Assembly: GCA_041663425.1 (NCBI GenBank)
Contig: JBAYMS010000006.1
Location: 1 to 56,798, forward strand
Source of the DNA: Candidatus Omnitrophota bacterium
GTDB taxonomy: Bacteria > Omnitrophota > Gorgyraeia > 2-01-FULL-45-10
Direction of reading: 5' to 3'
DNA length: 56,798 nt
The notes below the pieces were generated by a model. That model did not search any database. It worked only from the letters and a program-made list of their open reading frames with translations, and was not told the origin of the DNA. Made by a program: the position numbers and the translations under genes. The first letter of the stretch is position 1. Every line of letters begins with the position of its first letter. Shown one piece after another: positions 1-8,428 of the stretch.

Positions 1-49
1 ATATGATGATAACGGCAATCTAATATCGCAAAAAGAAGTTGCTAATTAA
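1..49 (+). CDS. 3-prime end of an ORF truncated by the window edge (frame 2, ...YDDNGNLISQKEVAN, stop 47-49)
   Basis: Open frame from the window edge to TAA at 47-49, followed by a hairpin terminator. The tail resembles the C-terminus (HYDTNGKLVSEEEIYY) of the protein at 1663-2316. Confidence 0.3.
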   Translation, partial: YDDNGNLISQKEVAN

Positions 50-67
50 TATATAGATTAAACCGAT

Positions 68-105
68 CCGGCGATCCTGTAAATACAGCGGTCGCCGGTT
101 TTTTT
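68..105 (+). terminator. Rho-independent terminator
   Basis: CCGGCGA (68-74) pairs with TCGCCGG (92-98). Inner CTGT/ACAG pairing, then a 7-T run (99-105). Confidence 0.75.
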
Positions 106-111
106 ATGGAT

Positions 112-139
112 TTGATTATTAAAAGATATATGCTATAGT
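112..139 (+). promoter_or_regulatory. Candidate sigma-70 promoter (TTGATT-N16-TATAGT), predicts a leaderless or near-leaderless transcript
   Basis: -35 at 112-117 and -10 at 134-139. The ATG at 146 is only 6 nt after the -10 hexamer, and there is no Shine-Dalgarno. Confidence 0.4.
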
Positions 140-145
140 AATTTT

Positions 146-1603
146 ATGATAATAAAGTCAGATAAAGACATTATAAAAAGTTATCTAGAGGATAGCTCTA
201 ACCTTTTGGGCGGTTATGCCGATAAAGTAATAATACCTGAGAATATCGGCGAACTTGTCTCTTGTATCAAAGAAGCAAATTCAAAGAAAATCCCTGTGAC
301 TATATCCGGAGGCGGCACTGCCACGACAGGCTCACGGATACCTTTTGGCGGTATTGTTGTATCCATGGAAAAATTTAATAAAATATTGAAAATCTCTGAA
401 GAAACGATGTCAGCAACTGTTGAAGCTGGTGTTCTGGTGGAAGATCTGAAGGGCGCCGTTGAGAAGCGGGGGCTGTTTTATACCTCGCATCCCACTGAAA
501 GAATGGCAGAAGTGGGCGGCACCGTGTCGACGAACGCTTCCGGATCCAGGTCGTTCCGGTATGGGCCGACGCGCAGATATATCAAGCGTTTAAAAATGGT
601 ATTGGCTGACGGAGATATGCTTGAAGTCAGGAGGGGTCAGACGTTTATTACGAAAGCCGCGCCAAAGATAAAACTCTCCAGCGGCCGTGAAATATCTATA
701 CCCATCCCGGATTATAGAATACCTAATGTTAAAAGCTCATCCGGATATTTTGCCAAAGACGGGATGGACCTTATAGACCTTTTTATCGGACAGGAGGGGA
801 CGCTGTCGGTTATTGTTGAAGTAGAAATGGGGCTGGTCAAAAAGCCGTCTTCTATCCTGAGTTGTTTTGTATTTTTCAGAAGCGAAGAAGATTCGTGGGG
901 CTTTGCGGATGAGTTAAAGAGAACGCCAGGGCTCAATGTGCTGTCGGTAGAATATTTTGATCATAGCGCTGTCGGGTTTTTAGCAGCAAAAAATAAAAAT
1001 GTTCCGGAAGGCGCAGCCGCTGCGATATTTTTTGAACAAGATTCAAGCGGCAAGGATGGAGATGATCTTGTTGGCGTGTGGGTTGATATGATAAGCAGGC
1101 ACAATGCTTCAATAGACACTACATGGGTCGCTATGAATGAAAAAGATGCCGAGCTTTTTACGCAGTCACGGTATACGATCCCGGAATCAGTAAACGATAT
1201 TGTGCGGCAGCGGAAATATAGAAAATTCAGCACCGATATAGCCGTTCCTTACGATAAATTTAATGAAATGCTCCATTTTTACATCGAAACATTTAAAAAA
1301 GAGGATCTCCAGACCGTAATGTTCGGGCATATAGGCGAAAACCATCTGCATGTTAATATCCTGCCCCGATCCGACGAGGAAGAGGTGAAGGCGAAAGAGC
1401 TCTCTTTGTTATTTATCAGAAAAAGCGTTGCGCTGGGAGGCACTGTATCTGCCGAACATGGCATAGGCAAGCTTAAACATGCCTATCTGGAGGAGCTATA
1501 CGGTAAAAAAGGCATCCTCGAAATGATAAAGATAAAAAAAGCGTTTGACCCTAATTGCATACTGGGCGTCGGCAATGTATTCCCGAAAGAAATTCTTATT
1601 TAA
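146..1603 (+). CDS. FAD-linked oxidase (GlcD / D-lactate dehydrogenase family)
   Basis: 485 aa. N-terminal FAD_binding_4-like region (IPVTISGGGTATTG). C-terminal FAD-oxidase_C signature (GGTVSAEHGIGKLK). Confidence 0.8.
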   Translation: MIIKSDKDIIKSYLEDSSNLLGGYADKVIIPENIGELVSCIKEANSKKIPVTISGGGTATTGSRIPFGGIVVSMEKFNKILKISEETMSATVEAGVLVEDLKGAVEKRGLFYTSHPTERMAEVGGTVSTNASGSRSFRYGPTRRYIKRLKMVLADGDMLEVRRGQTFITKAAPKIKLSSGREISIPIPDYRIPNVKSSSGYFAKDGMDLIDLFIGQEGTLSVIVEVEMGLVKKPSSILSCFVFFRSEEDSWGFADELKRTPGLNVLSVEYFDHSAVGFLAAKNKNVPEGAAAAIFFEQDSSGKDGDDLVGVWVDMISRHNASIDTTWVAMNEKDAELFTQSRYTIPESVNDIVRQRKYRKFSTDIAVPYDKFNEMLHFYIETFKKEDLQTVMFGHIGENHLHVNILPRSDEEEVKAKELSLLFIRKSVALGGTVSAEHGIGKLKHAYLEELYGKKGILEMIKIKKAFDPNCILGVGNVFPKEILI

Positions 1604-1662
1604 ATTTTCATTATTTAAGGGTATAATTTAGTTACTATAAAGAATATTAAAGGGGGTGCAAT

Positions 1663-2316
1663 ATGGATATCCGCAAATTCACACATCCAGGCATATTTTT
1701 AGTTATATTAACTATTGTTGCAGGCGAAGCCTATTGCCAGGACGATAGCACCCGCGATATATTAAAACAGGGATTGCTCGGCGCTGGCACGGGCGCGATA
1801 GCGGCAGGTGCCACCGGTGGTAAAGCCGGTCAAGGTGCTCTTATAGGCGCCGGCACTAACGTTATAGGCGGCGCACTTCTGGATATGCTTACCACGCCAT
1901 CGTCTTCGTCCAGGCGTTCAGCTCAATCTTCTCAGCAATATTACGATGATCAGGGCGAAGAATATTACGAAGAGCCGGCTCAGGAGTCCTCTACTCAGAA
2001 AGTTCTGAAGCAGGGGTTGCTCGGTGCGGGCACTGGCGCGATCGCTGCCGGTGCATCAGGCGGAAATGCCGGGACTGGCGCTTTGATAGGAGCGGGCACA
2101 AACGTTGTAGGCGGCGCTCTTCTCGACGCTCTTACTCAGCCTTCTCAGCCGAAAAGGGTTTACCGCAAGAAACCGGTTCAGCAGTATCAGGCTCCGGTTC
2201 AGCAGAATATCCAGGTTCAGGAGGAGCAGGTGGGGGTTGAGGGCGGCAAGAAGAAGATCGTGAAGCATTACGATACGAACGGTAAGCTGGTTTCCGAAGA
2301 AGAAATATATTACTAG
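1663..2316 (+). CDS. Secreted glycine-zipper repeat protein with internal duplication
   Basis: Strong RBS (AAGGGGG). N-terminal signal-like hydrophobic segment. Two 46-aa Gly/Ala-rich glycine-zipper units, then a Q/E/Y-rich tail. Confidence 0.75.
   Translation: MDIRKFTHPGIFLVILTIVAGEAYCQDDSTRDILKQGLLGAGTGAIAAGATGGKAGQGALIGAGTNVIGGALLDMLTTPSSSSRRSAQSSQQYYDDQGEEYYEEPAQESSTQKVLKQGLLGAGTGAIAAGASGGNAGTGALIGAGTNVVGGALLDALTQPSQPKRVYRKKPVQQYQAPVQQNIQVQEEQVGVEGGKKKIVKHYDTNGKLVSEEEIYY
1762..2142 (+). repeat. Intragenic tandem duplication, period 243 nt (copies 1762-1899 and 2005-2142)
   Basis: The two copies are LKQGLLGAGTGAIAAGATGGKAGQGALIGAGTNVIGGALLDMLTTP and LKQGLLGAGTGAIAAGASGGNAGTGALIGAGTNVVGGALLDALTQP. 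They are nearly identical at protein level but diverge at synonymous sites. Confidence 0.9.
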
Positions 2317-2329
2317 AACACAATAAAAA

Positions 2330-2367
2330 CCTCCTTCCATCTGAAAATCCGGACGGAGGTTTTTTTT
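2330..2367 (+). terminator. Rho-independent terminator
   Basis: CCTCCTTCC (2330-2338) pairs with GGACGGAGG (2351-2359) with one mismatch, followed by T8 (2360-2367). Confidence 0.85.
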
Positions 2368-2420
2368 ATGCTCCAGTTTCGCCCAGCATAATTTTAAGTT
2401 AAGCTGAGGGATTGGTTATT

Positions 2421-2981
2421 ATGAATATGAAGATGAAAAAAGAATTTAAACTTATCCAGATAGCCGTGCTGGCCGTGGCAGTTCTGCTGTATTCCGGACT
2501 GAAATTCCTGAATGTTGCGGGCAAGGCAGCGCCGGCCCAAAAAGAAAAATCCTCTATTGCCCGCGTAATTGATGGCGATACTTTAAAGCTCTCCGACGGC
2601 AGGCGGGTCCGCCTGGTAGGTGTGGACACTCCCGAACTGCATTATAGCGATAAGCTGGTCAGGGATTCCCGGAGAACTCGCCGCGATATCAAAGAAGTGC
2701 AGGCTATGGGGCAAAAATCCGCAGCCTTTACAAAGCAGTTGTGTGAAGGGAAAACGGTGAGGATAGTGTCGGATGTCAGGAAGACGGATAAATACGGGAG
2801 GCTTCTTGCGTATCTTTATCTTGAGGACGGGACATTCGTGAACGCGAAGATTCTTGAGGAAGGCTATGGCCAGGTGATGACTATTCCTCCAAACGTGAAA
2901 TATGCCGATTATTTTCTGAAATTGGAACGTCGGGCGAGAGAAGATCGGAAAGGGTTGTGGGCTCTTACCGATAATATGTGA
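2421..2981 (+). CDS. Membrane-anchored thermonuclease (staphylococcal nuclease / SNase fold)
   Basis: SNase motifs (VIDGDTLKL, VRLVGVDTPE, YGRLLAYLY, LLEEGYG) after an N-terminal TM helix. The ORF track starts at TTG 2412; ATG 2421 follows a GAGGG RBS. Confidence 0.85.
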   Translation: MNMKMKKEFKLIQIAVLAVAVLLYSGLKFLNVAGKAAPAQKEKSSIARVIDGDTLKLSDGRRVRLVGVDTPELHYSDKLVRDSRRTRRDIKEVQAMGQKSAAFTKQLCEGKTVRIVSDVRKTDKYGRLLAYLYLEDGTFVNAKILEEGYGQVMTIPPNVKYADYFLKLERRAREDRKGLWALTDNM

Positions 2982-2983
2982 AG

Positions 2984-3012
2984 TTGAAGTTGTAGGATGG
3001 TTGGTATATAAT
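2984..3012 (+). promoter_or_regulatory. Candidate sigma-70 promoter (TTGAAG-N17-TATAAT)
   Basis: -35 at 2984-2989 and -10 at 3007-3012, 14 nt upstream of ATG 3027. Confidence 0.4.
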
Positions 3013-3026
3013 AATATTATAATACT

Positions 3027-3953
3027 ATGGATAAAATTAAATACAATAAAGATATAGGCCTTGTTACTCCTGTTATGATAGCCGGCTGGCCGGGAATGGG
3101 CAGCGTAGCTCTTGGCGTAGTCGATTATCTGCAGAAGAAATTAAACGCTGTGAAGTTTGCCGAAATTGAAGTCGACCCTCTAGCCGTTATGGATTCCGTT
3201 ACAGTCACGCGCGGAGTCGCTGCGTTTGGCCCGACCCCGAAAAATTTATTTTTCTACACGAAAAAACCGGATATCATAATATTTAAAGGCGAGGCCCAGC
3301 TGGCCGGACAGGAAGGCATATTGTTGCTGGAAAAAGTTTTGGACGTGGCTGAGAAGTTTAACGTGAAGAGGGTCTATACTGGCGCGGCGTTCCCGCTTCC
3401 GGTAAGTCATAAAGAGACGCCATTGGTTTATTCTGCCGTCAATCATAAGAATATGAAAGAGCCATTTATGAAGTCTGGCCTGAATCCAATGGATAGCGGA
3501 CATATATCAGGATTAAATGGGCTCGTCCTCGGATTCGCAGGCAAGAGGAATATGGAAGCTGCATGTCTTTTGGCTACTATGCCGCAATATGCTATAAGCC
3601 TGCCCAACCCGAAGGCTTCTTTAGCGATAATAGAAATTTTGCAGAAAATTGTCGGATTTAAAGTAAGTCTTGCCGAGCTGAATGAGCATATTAAAGATAT
3701 GGATGAGAAGATGGCTATAATAGAAGAGAAGGTGAAGGACGTCATGGCCATTGAGACAAAAGAACCGGAGCCCCACACTTCTCAGAATAAAAAAATAGTG
3801 CCGCCGTATGTTATGGATAGGATCGAGAAGCTTTTTAATGAGGCCGCAGGCGATAAAGCCAAGGCCATATTGCTTAAAAGCGAGCTTGATAGGTGGGATC
3901 TTTATAAAATATACGAGGACAGATTTCTGGACTTATTCAGCGAAAATCAGTAA
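3027..3953 (+). CDS. PAC2-family (proteasome assembly chaperone 2-like) protein, tentative
   Basis: 308 aa. The N-terminal pattern MIAGWPGMGSVALGVVDYL is typical of PAC2 family proteins. Charged coiled C-terminus. Confidence 0.5.
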   Translation: MDKIKYNKDIGLVTPVMIAGWPGMGSVALGVVDYLQKKLNAVKFAEIEVDPLAVMDSVTVTRGVAAFGPTPKNLFFYTKKPDIIIFKGEAQLAGQEGILLLEKVLDVAEKFNVKRVYTGAAFPLPVSHKETPLVYSAVNHKNMKEPFMKSGLNPMDSGHISGLNGLVLGFAGKRNMEAACLLATMPQYAISLPNPKASLAIIEILQKIVGFKVSLAELNEHIKDMDEKMAIIEEKVKDVMAIETKEPEPHTSQNKKIVPPYVMDRIEKLFNEAAGDKAKAILLKSELDRWDLYKIYEDRFLDLFSENQ

Positions 3954-3972
3954 AAATTAGGATACGCAGTCT

Positions 3973-5175
3973 ATGATCAAGAAGACTATTTTAGTGACGG
4001 CCATCCTTATCGCATTAATAATTGCCTCGGTTTTTGTTTACAGATATCAGATTCTTCAATATACCGCTGAAACGTTGATCAGGAAATACCTGCCGGATTA
4101 CGTTAAGATAGATACTATAAAGTTTGATTTTGCTAAAGGGGATGCCGTCCTCAGTGGTTTCAAGATATTGAACCCGCCCCAATTTTCAAAAGAATATCTT
4201 ATAGAAATAGAAAAGATATCCTGCAGCTATAAACTTCGCGGGAAAAATATTACCGATGGTATTATGATATCCAGTCCGGTGCTTACCAATGCAGTGCTGA
4301 ATATTGAGAGGCTTGGAGACGGACGTCTTAATCTTGCTGAAGCCCAGGTTATGCTAAGTAAGAAACCTTCGGCCGCAGCTGGCGATGCCACGCAGGGTAA
4401 AAAAGATATGGCTGTTTCATCGGCGGCAGTTCCTCCGCCTGAAAATAAAGGTTTGGCTTCGGTGGTTACGCTGCCCGAAAAATTTATAATAAAAAATGCG
4501 AAACTCATATTTGTAGATAGGCTGGTCCGGCCGACCCCGGTTATAATTACATTTGAAAATATCAATACAGATCTTACGCTTAAGCTGGATGAATATTACA
4601 CAAAAGTCCTGGCAGTTTATTCTGTTGGTGAGGGGTGCGTTAACGGCGACTCGGGGCAGATAGTAAATTGGTCGGTGGGTCTTGATCCCACTGCTGCGCG
4701 CTTTACTATGTCTAACAGGTTTACTGTGACCGGGGTGCAGATACCGACTTTTGAACCGTATTATGACAAATACTCGCCTTTTGTGTTCAAAGAGGGCAGG
4801 TTTTCCGGACTTCTTATTTTTGATTTTGACGATGGCATGATCGGCTCATCCGATGAGCTGAGATTGTCCGACCTGCGATTTTTTGTAAAACAGGGCTATG
4901 AGAACGCTCAGTTCTGGCAGACCACTGTGCCTGACCTTGTGAAATACTTTACTTCACCTTACGGAGAGATAGTGTTTGATTTTAAAATAAAAGGGGATAT
5001 GGAAAATCCTCAATTCTTTTTAGGGCCTAAGTCCAAAGAAGCGCTTATCGCTATGGCGGTAGATAAGATATCGGATGCCTTGCAGAAGAGCGGTTCTGCC
5101 GGGGATGGACAGAAAAGCGACATCGACAAAGCCAAGGACTACATAGACATGTTTAAAGGATTTCTAAAAAAGTAA
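3973..5175 (+). CDS. N-terminally anchored hypothetical protein (AsmA/DUF748-like, tentative)
   Basis: 400 aa with a single N-terminal TM helix and a beta-rich remainder. No catalytic motif recognised. Confidence 0.5.
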   Translation: MIKKTILVTAILIALIIASVFVYRYQILQYTAETLIRKYLPDYVKIDTIKFDFAKGDAVLSGFKILNPPQFSKEYLIEIEKISCSYKLRGKNITDGIMISSPVLTNAVLNIERLGDGRLNLAEAQVMLSKKPSAAAGDATQGKKDMAVSSAAVPPPENKGLASVVTLPEKFIIKNAKLIFVDRLVRPTPVIITFENINTDLTLKLDEYYTKVLAVYSVGEGCVNGDSGQIVNWSVGLDPTAARFTMSNRFTVTGVQIPTFEPYYDKYSPFVFKEGRFSGLLIFDFDDGMIGSSDELRLSDLRFFVKQGYENAQFWQTTVPDLVKYFTSPYGEIVFDFKIKGDMENPQFFLGPKSKEALIAMAVDKISDALQKSGSAGDGQKSDIDKAKDYIDMFKGFLKK

Positions 5176-5183
5176 AAATATAA

Positions 5184-6413
5184 GTGGAAAATCTTTCAAA
5201 GAATTTTACATGGCTGGCTGCCGCGAATATCGTGAGCAGCCTTTTTGGTGCGGGCCTTTTTATATATCTGGCCAGGGTGCTGGAACCGGACGCGTTCGGA
5301 TATTTCTCTTATGCTCTTACCATAACATTCTTTCTTGCAAATTTTGTAGATATGGGTTTGTCGACTTATGGTATAAGGGAGGTCGCCAAAAATAAAGGCC
5401 GTGTTTCCGATTATGCGTCGGAAATAGTATCGTTCCGGTTTCTTGTGGCGAGCCTGCTATTTTTTCTTCTGCTGATCGTTACGATTCTTTCGACACAGTC
5501 ATTCATACTTAAGGCAACGATAATAGCGTCTTCTATGATGCTGCTTACTTTTGCTCTGGCTACCGAATGGGCATTCCAGGGGGTAGAGAAGATGCACATG
5601 GTTTTTATCTCTTTCGGCGTAACTTCTCTCTTGCAGGTCGTGCTGACGCTGCTGTTTGTAAAGGGTCCATCAGATCTTCTCAAGGCGCCCTTAGTATATT
5701 TTATCGCTACCGTTCCAATGCTTGTCATATATCTGAAAATATTGCGCTGTAAGGTGCTTCTGAAGGGTGAAGACCTGAAAAAGATGTTCTCGTATTTGTC
5801 GAGCGCGCTGGTCATATGGTCTATTTCGATATTTGCCCAGGTATACAATGGCCTGGATATTTTTATACTGGGATTATTCCGGCCGATACAGGAGGTCGGA
5901 TATTTTACTATTGCCCGCAGAGTGATCGGTGCTTTTATCTTATTCATGGTCTTTCTGACAAACGCTGTTTTGCCGAGGCTTTCTTATGCTTTCTGTAACG
6001 ACGCAGAGCTTTTTAAGACAACGACGCATAAGTTTGTAAAATTTGCCGCGCTCTTTACTGTTTTTGTGCTGCTGCCATCAATATTTCTGTGTGAAAAAAT
6101 CGTAATACTTGCCGTCGGAAATGAATATCTGCCGGCGGTTGTGCCGCTTAATATCATGATAGTAGGACTTGTGTTTGTTTTGTTCAACCTGCCTTATTCT
6201 ACCGGCCTGATAGCGTGCGGCATGGAGAAAGATGTGATGATACAAACTGCGGCAAGCGCGGTCTTAAGTTTACTAATAAACTTTATTATTATTCCCAAAT
6301 ATGGTATTATTGGTGCGTCGATATCATTTACTATCGTCGAAATTTTTGCATTCGCGTGGATCTTCTGGATATATGAGAAGAAGATGCTGCATGCTAGTAA
6401 GTTAAAAAAATAA
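5184..6413 (+). CDS. Polysaccharide flippase (Wzx / MOP superfamily)
   Basis: 409 aa, about 12 predicted TM helices, typical Wzx-like N-terminus. GTG start. Confidence 0.7.
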   Translation: MENLSKNFTWLAAANIVSSLFGAGLFIYLARVLEPDAFGYFSYALTITFFLANFVDMGLSTYGIREVAKNKGRVSDYASEIVSFRFLVASLLFFLLLIVTILSTQSFILKATIIASSMMLLTFALATEWAFQGVEKMHMVFISFGVTSLLQVVLTLLFVKGPSDLLKAPLVYFIATVPMLVIYLKILRCKVLLKGEDLKKMFSYLSSALVIWSISIFAQVYNGLDIFILGLFRPIQEVGYFTIARRVIGAFILFMVFLTNAVLPRLSYAFCNDAELFKTTTHKFVKFAALFTVFVLLPSIFLCEKIVILAVGNEYLPAVVPLNIMIVGLVFVLFNLPYSTGLIACGMEKDVMIQTAASAVLSLLINFIIIPKYGIIGASISFTIVEIFAFAWIFWIYEKKMLHASKLKK

Positions 6414-6424
6414 GGGAGGGTAAC

Positions 6425-6595
6425 ATGGTAGAGAGAAGCGAATTTAAAGGTAAGCCGGTACTCATATTAAAAAGAGACGAGAACGATAAGTATCCGTTTG
6501 CTTTTGGTATAAGCAAGGCTAAGATGATGCTGGAAAACATTGAAGAGATCAAAAGATTTGTAGAAGAGAACGACAAGGCGATCGCAGACCAGTAA
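6425..6595 (+). CDS. Small ORF (56 aa) missing from the ORF track: MVERSEFKGKPVLILKRDENDKYPFAFGISKAKMMLENIEEIKRFVEENDKAIADQ
   Basis: Strong RBS GGGAGGG (6413-6419) 5 nt before ATG 6425. TAA at 6593-6595, followed by a strong terminator hairpin at 6611-6664. Confidence 0.55.
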   Translation: MVERSEFKGKPVLILKRDENDKYPFAFGISKAKMMLENIEEIKRFVEENDKAIADQ

Positions 6596-6601
6596 TAGTC
6601 T

Positions 6602-6964
6602 ATGGTTTTTAAAAAAGACGAGCCCATGATAAAAAAAGATTTTATCGGCAGGCTCGTCTTTTTTATCGGATGGCTTCTTTCTCCGCTTACTTTCTGGAAT
6701 GACGCCTTCGTAAATATCCCTATTTCATACATAGCGGCCGCGTTTCTTTTCCGTTTTATCCACACAGATTTTCTCTTTATTGTGCTTATATGCTACTGGC
6801 TGAGCAATATTCTTGGGTTGGTGCTTATGGTCATAGCCGGCAAGAGTATATTTGCCAGCGGTAGAGGTGTTTTGAAGGAAATAGTTATTCTTGTAGCAAC
6901 GATGTTGATTTATTCTACTGTATTACTTGGTCTGGAGAAGGTCGGGATATTGAAGCCGTTTTAG
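6602..6964 (+). CDS. Small multi-pass membrane protein (unknown family)
   Basis: 120-aa stop-free ORF with 3-4 hydrophobic helices. There is no RBS, and both possible ATG starts (6602, 6626) lie inside the 6611-6664 hairpin, so the coding status is uncertain. Confidence 0.45.
   Translation: MVFKKDEPMIKKDFIGRLVFFIGWLLSPLTFWNDAFVNIPISYIAAAFLFRFIHTDFLFIVLICYWLSNILGLVLMVIAGKSIFASGRGVLKEIVILVATMLIYSTVLLGLEKVGILKPF
6611..6664. terminator. Bidirectional rho-independent terminator (14-bp outer stem, 7-bp inner stem)
   Basis: AAAAAAGACGAGCC (6611-6624) pairs perfectly with GGCTCGTCTTTTTT (6651-6664). Inner stem is GATAAAA (6628-6634) with TTTTATC (6640-6646). The flanking A-run and T-run give terminator geometry on both strands. 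Confidence 0.7.
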
Positions 6965-8271
6965 CCGACCTTTTTTCTTAAAGAGGCGGGAAGTATTTTT
7001 AATGCCTGCCTGTATTTCGCCACAGTTCTTCGTTTTATAATAATGCCTTCCTTGTTTAGTGCCGTCTCGATCTCGCAGTCTTTTAATGGGTTGGAAAGAT
7101 CTTCGTGCTTTACGAACTCTGCTATCCTGTTTTTTACTGAAGCTTTGGAAGTAAATTCTCCGGTTTCATTTTTTATTCCGTGGCTTAAAAGACTGTTGAT
7201 GGATACGACTTTATCGTTTAGTTGTATGTATTTGTTTGATATCGCGCGGCTTACTGTGGACGGATGAAAATTGAGAGCCTTGGCTACGTCATTTAAAGTA
7301 AGCGTTTTTGGAGGTTCTTTTTTGCATAATGCATCTTTCTGGAAATCCAATATATATTTTGCGACCTTGCATATCGTGTCTTCACGCCGTCTCAGATTAT
7401 CGAGTAAACCTTTGGCGAGGTCTATATTTTCTTTAAGAAATTTTCTTGTTTCGTCATCCTTAACTATATTCATTTCGTTCTCATAGGGATTGTAAATTTT
7501 AAGACGGGGAGTGCAGTCTCTGTTAAGTTCCAGCAATACGCTGGATCTGCCTACTTTTGCCACCAATTCCGGGGTTATGGCCTGGGAAGTTTTACTCAAT
7601 ATCGTACTGGCCGGCCTTGGATTGAGCTTCCTTATATATGATATGGCTTCACGCACCTTATCGGTGCTTGCGCCCAAAGAATTTGCTATCTTATCAACGT
7701 CGTTTCTGGCTACATCAGTAAGGAAGCCTGCCGCTATGGCGTGTTCCAGGGAGTTTTCCTTACCCATTCTCTCTAATTGGAGCATAAGGCACTCTCGTAT
7801 GTCTCTGGCGCCTATTCCCGCCGGTTCCATCTTCTGGATGATCGATACGCATTCTTCCACATCTTCGGGATCAACGGATAGGTCCGCTGCGACCGTTTCT
7901 GACTCTACTGATATATAGCCATTTTCATCCATTTCGAATATCAGATATTCAGCTATCTTAAGGGTATCTTTTTCAAGTCCGTATATTTTAAGCTGCGATA
8001 TCAGGTTGAAGCGGGGGTTTTCAGGTTGAGCGGTGCCGCCAATAGAGCTTTCCATGTCGCTGTCAACTTTGATGCCGGCAGACTTTCTATATTTTTCGGA
8101 TTTTTTTTCATCGATCAATTTTTGAAGGAATGGGTTCTTGGTCAGAATAGATTCAATATATTCAGACAGGTCTTTAGAAGACATACCCAAAAGGTTTATG
8201 GATTGCCTCATCTGGGGGGTGAGGACCATTTTTTGGAGAAATCTATGTTGGTGATTAAATCTGTGTCTCAT
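6961..8271 (-). CDS. rpoN: RNA polymerase sigma-54 factor
   Basis: 436 aa. Glutamine/leucine-rich N-terminal region I (LVLTPQMRQSINLL), core-binding domain, C-terminal HTH and RpoN box (RRTVAKYRQAL). Confidence 0.95.
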   Translation of the reverse strand: MRHRFNHQHRFLQKMVLTPQMRQSINLLGMSSKDLSEYIESILTKNPFLQKLIDEKKSEKYRKSAGIKVDSDMESSIGGTAQPENPRFNLISQLKIYGLEKDTLKIAEYLIFEMDENGYISVESETVAADLSVDPEDVEECVSIIQKMEPAGIGARDIRECLMLQLERMGKENSLEHAIAAGFLTDVARNDVDKIANSLGASTDKVREAISYIRKLNPRPASTILSKTSQAITPELVAKVGRSSVLLELNRDCTPRLKIYNPYENEMNIVKDDETRKFLKENIDLAKGLLDNLRRREDTICKVAKYILDFQKDALCKKEPPKTLTLNDVAKALNFHPSTVSRAISNKYIQLNDKVVSINSLLSHGIKNETGEFTSKASVKNRIAEFVKHEDLSNPLKDCEIETALNKEGIIIKRRTVAKYRQALKILPASLRKKVG

Positions 8272-8345
8272 AGTATTTTATAGAAGTCTTAACAATTTAG
8301 CATTAAATTAACAAAAAGGCAACTTTTTATTTTATATTCTTAACG

Positions 8346-8380
8346 TATACACTTTGTGCATCAAATTATACACTTTTTGC
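8346..8380 (+). promoter_or_regulatory. Two phased 14-nt direct repeats, candidate enhancer (UAS) for a sigma-54 activator
   Basis: TATACACTTTGTGC (8346-8359) and TATACACTTTTTGC (8367-8380), 21 bp apart, lying 33-67 bp upstream of the -24 element. Confidence 0.4.
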
Positions 8381-8412
8381 GTGTAGGTTGATCATGTCAG
8401 GCTGAAAATAAC

Positions 8413-8428
8413 TGGCACAGATATTGCT
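8413..8428 (+). promoter_or_regulatory. Sigma-54 promoter (-24/-12): TGGCAC-agata-TTGCT
   Basis: Exact match to the TGGCAC-N5-TTGCW consensus, 85 nt upstream of ATG 8513. Predicted TSS near 8439. Confidence 0.8.
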
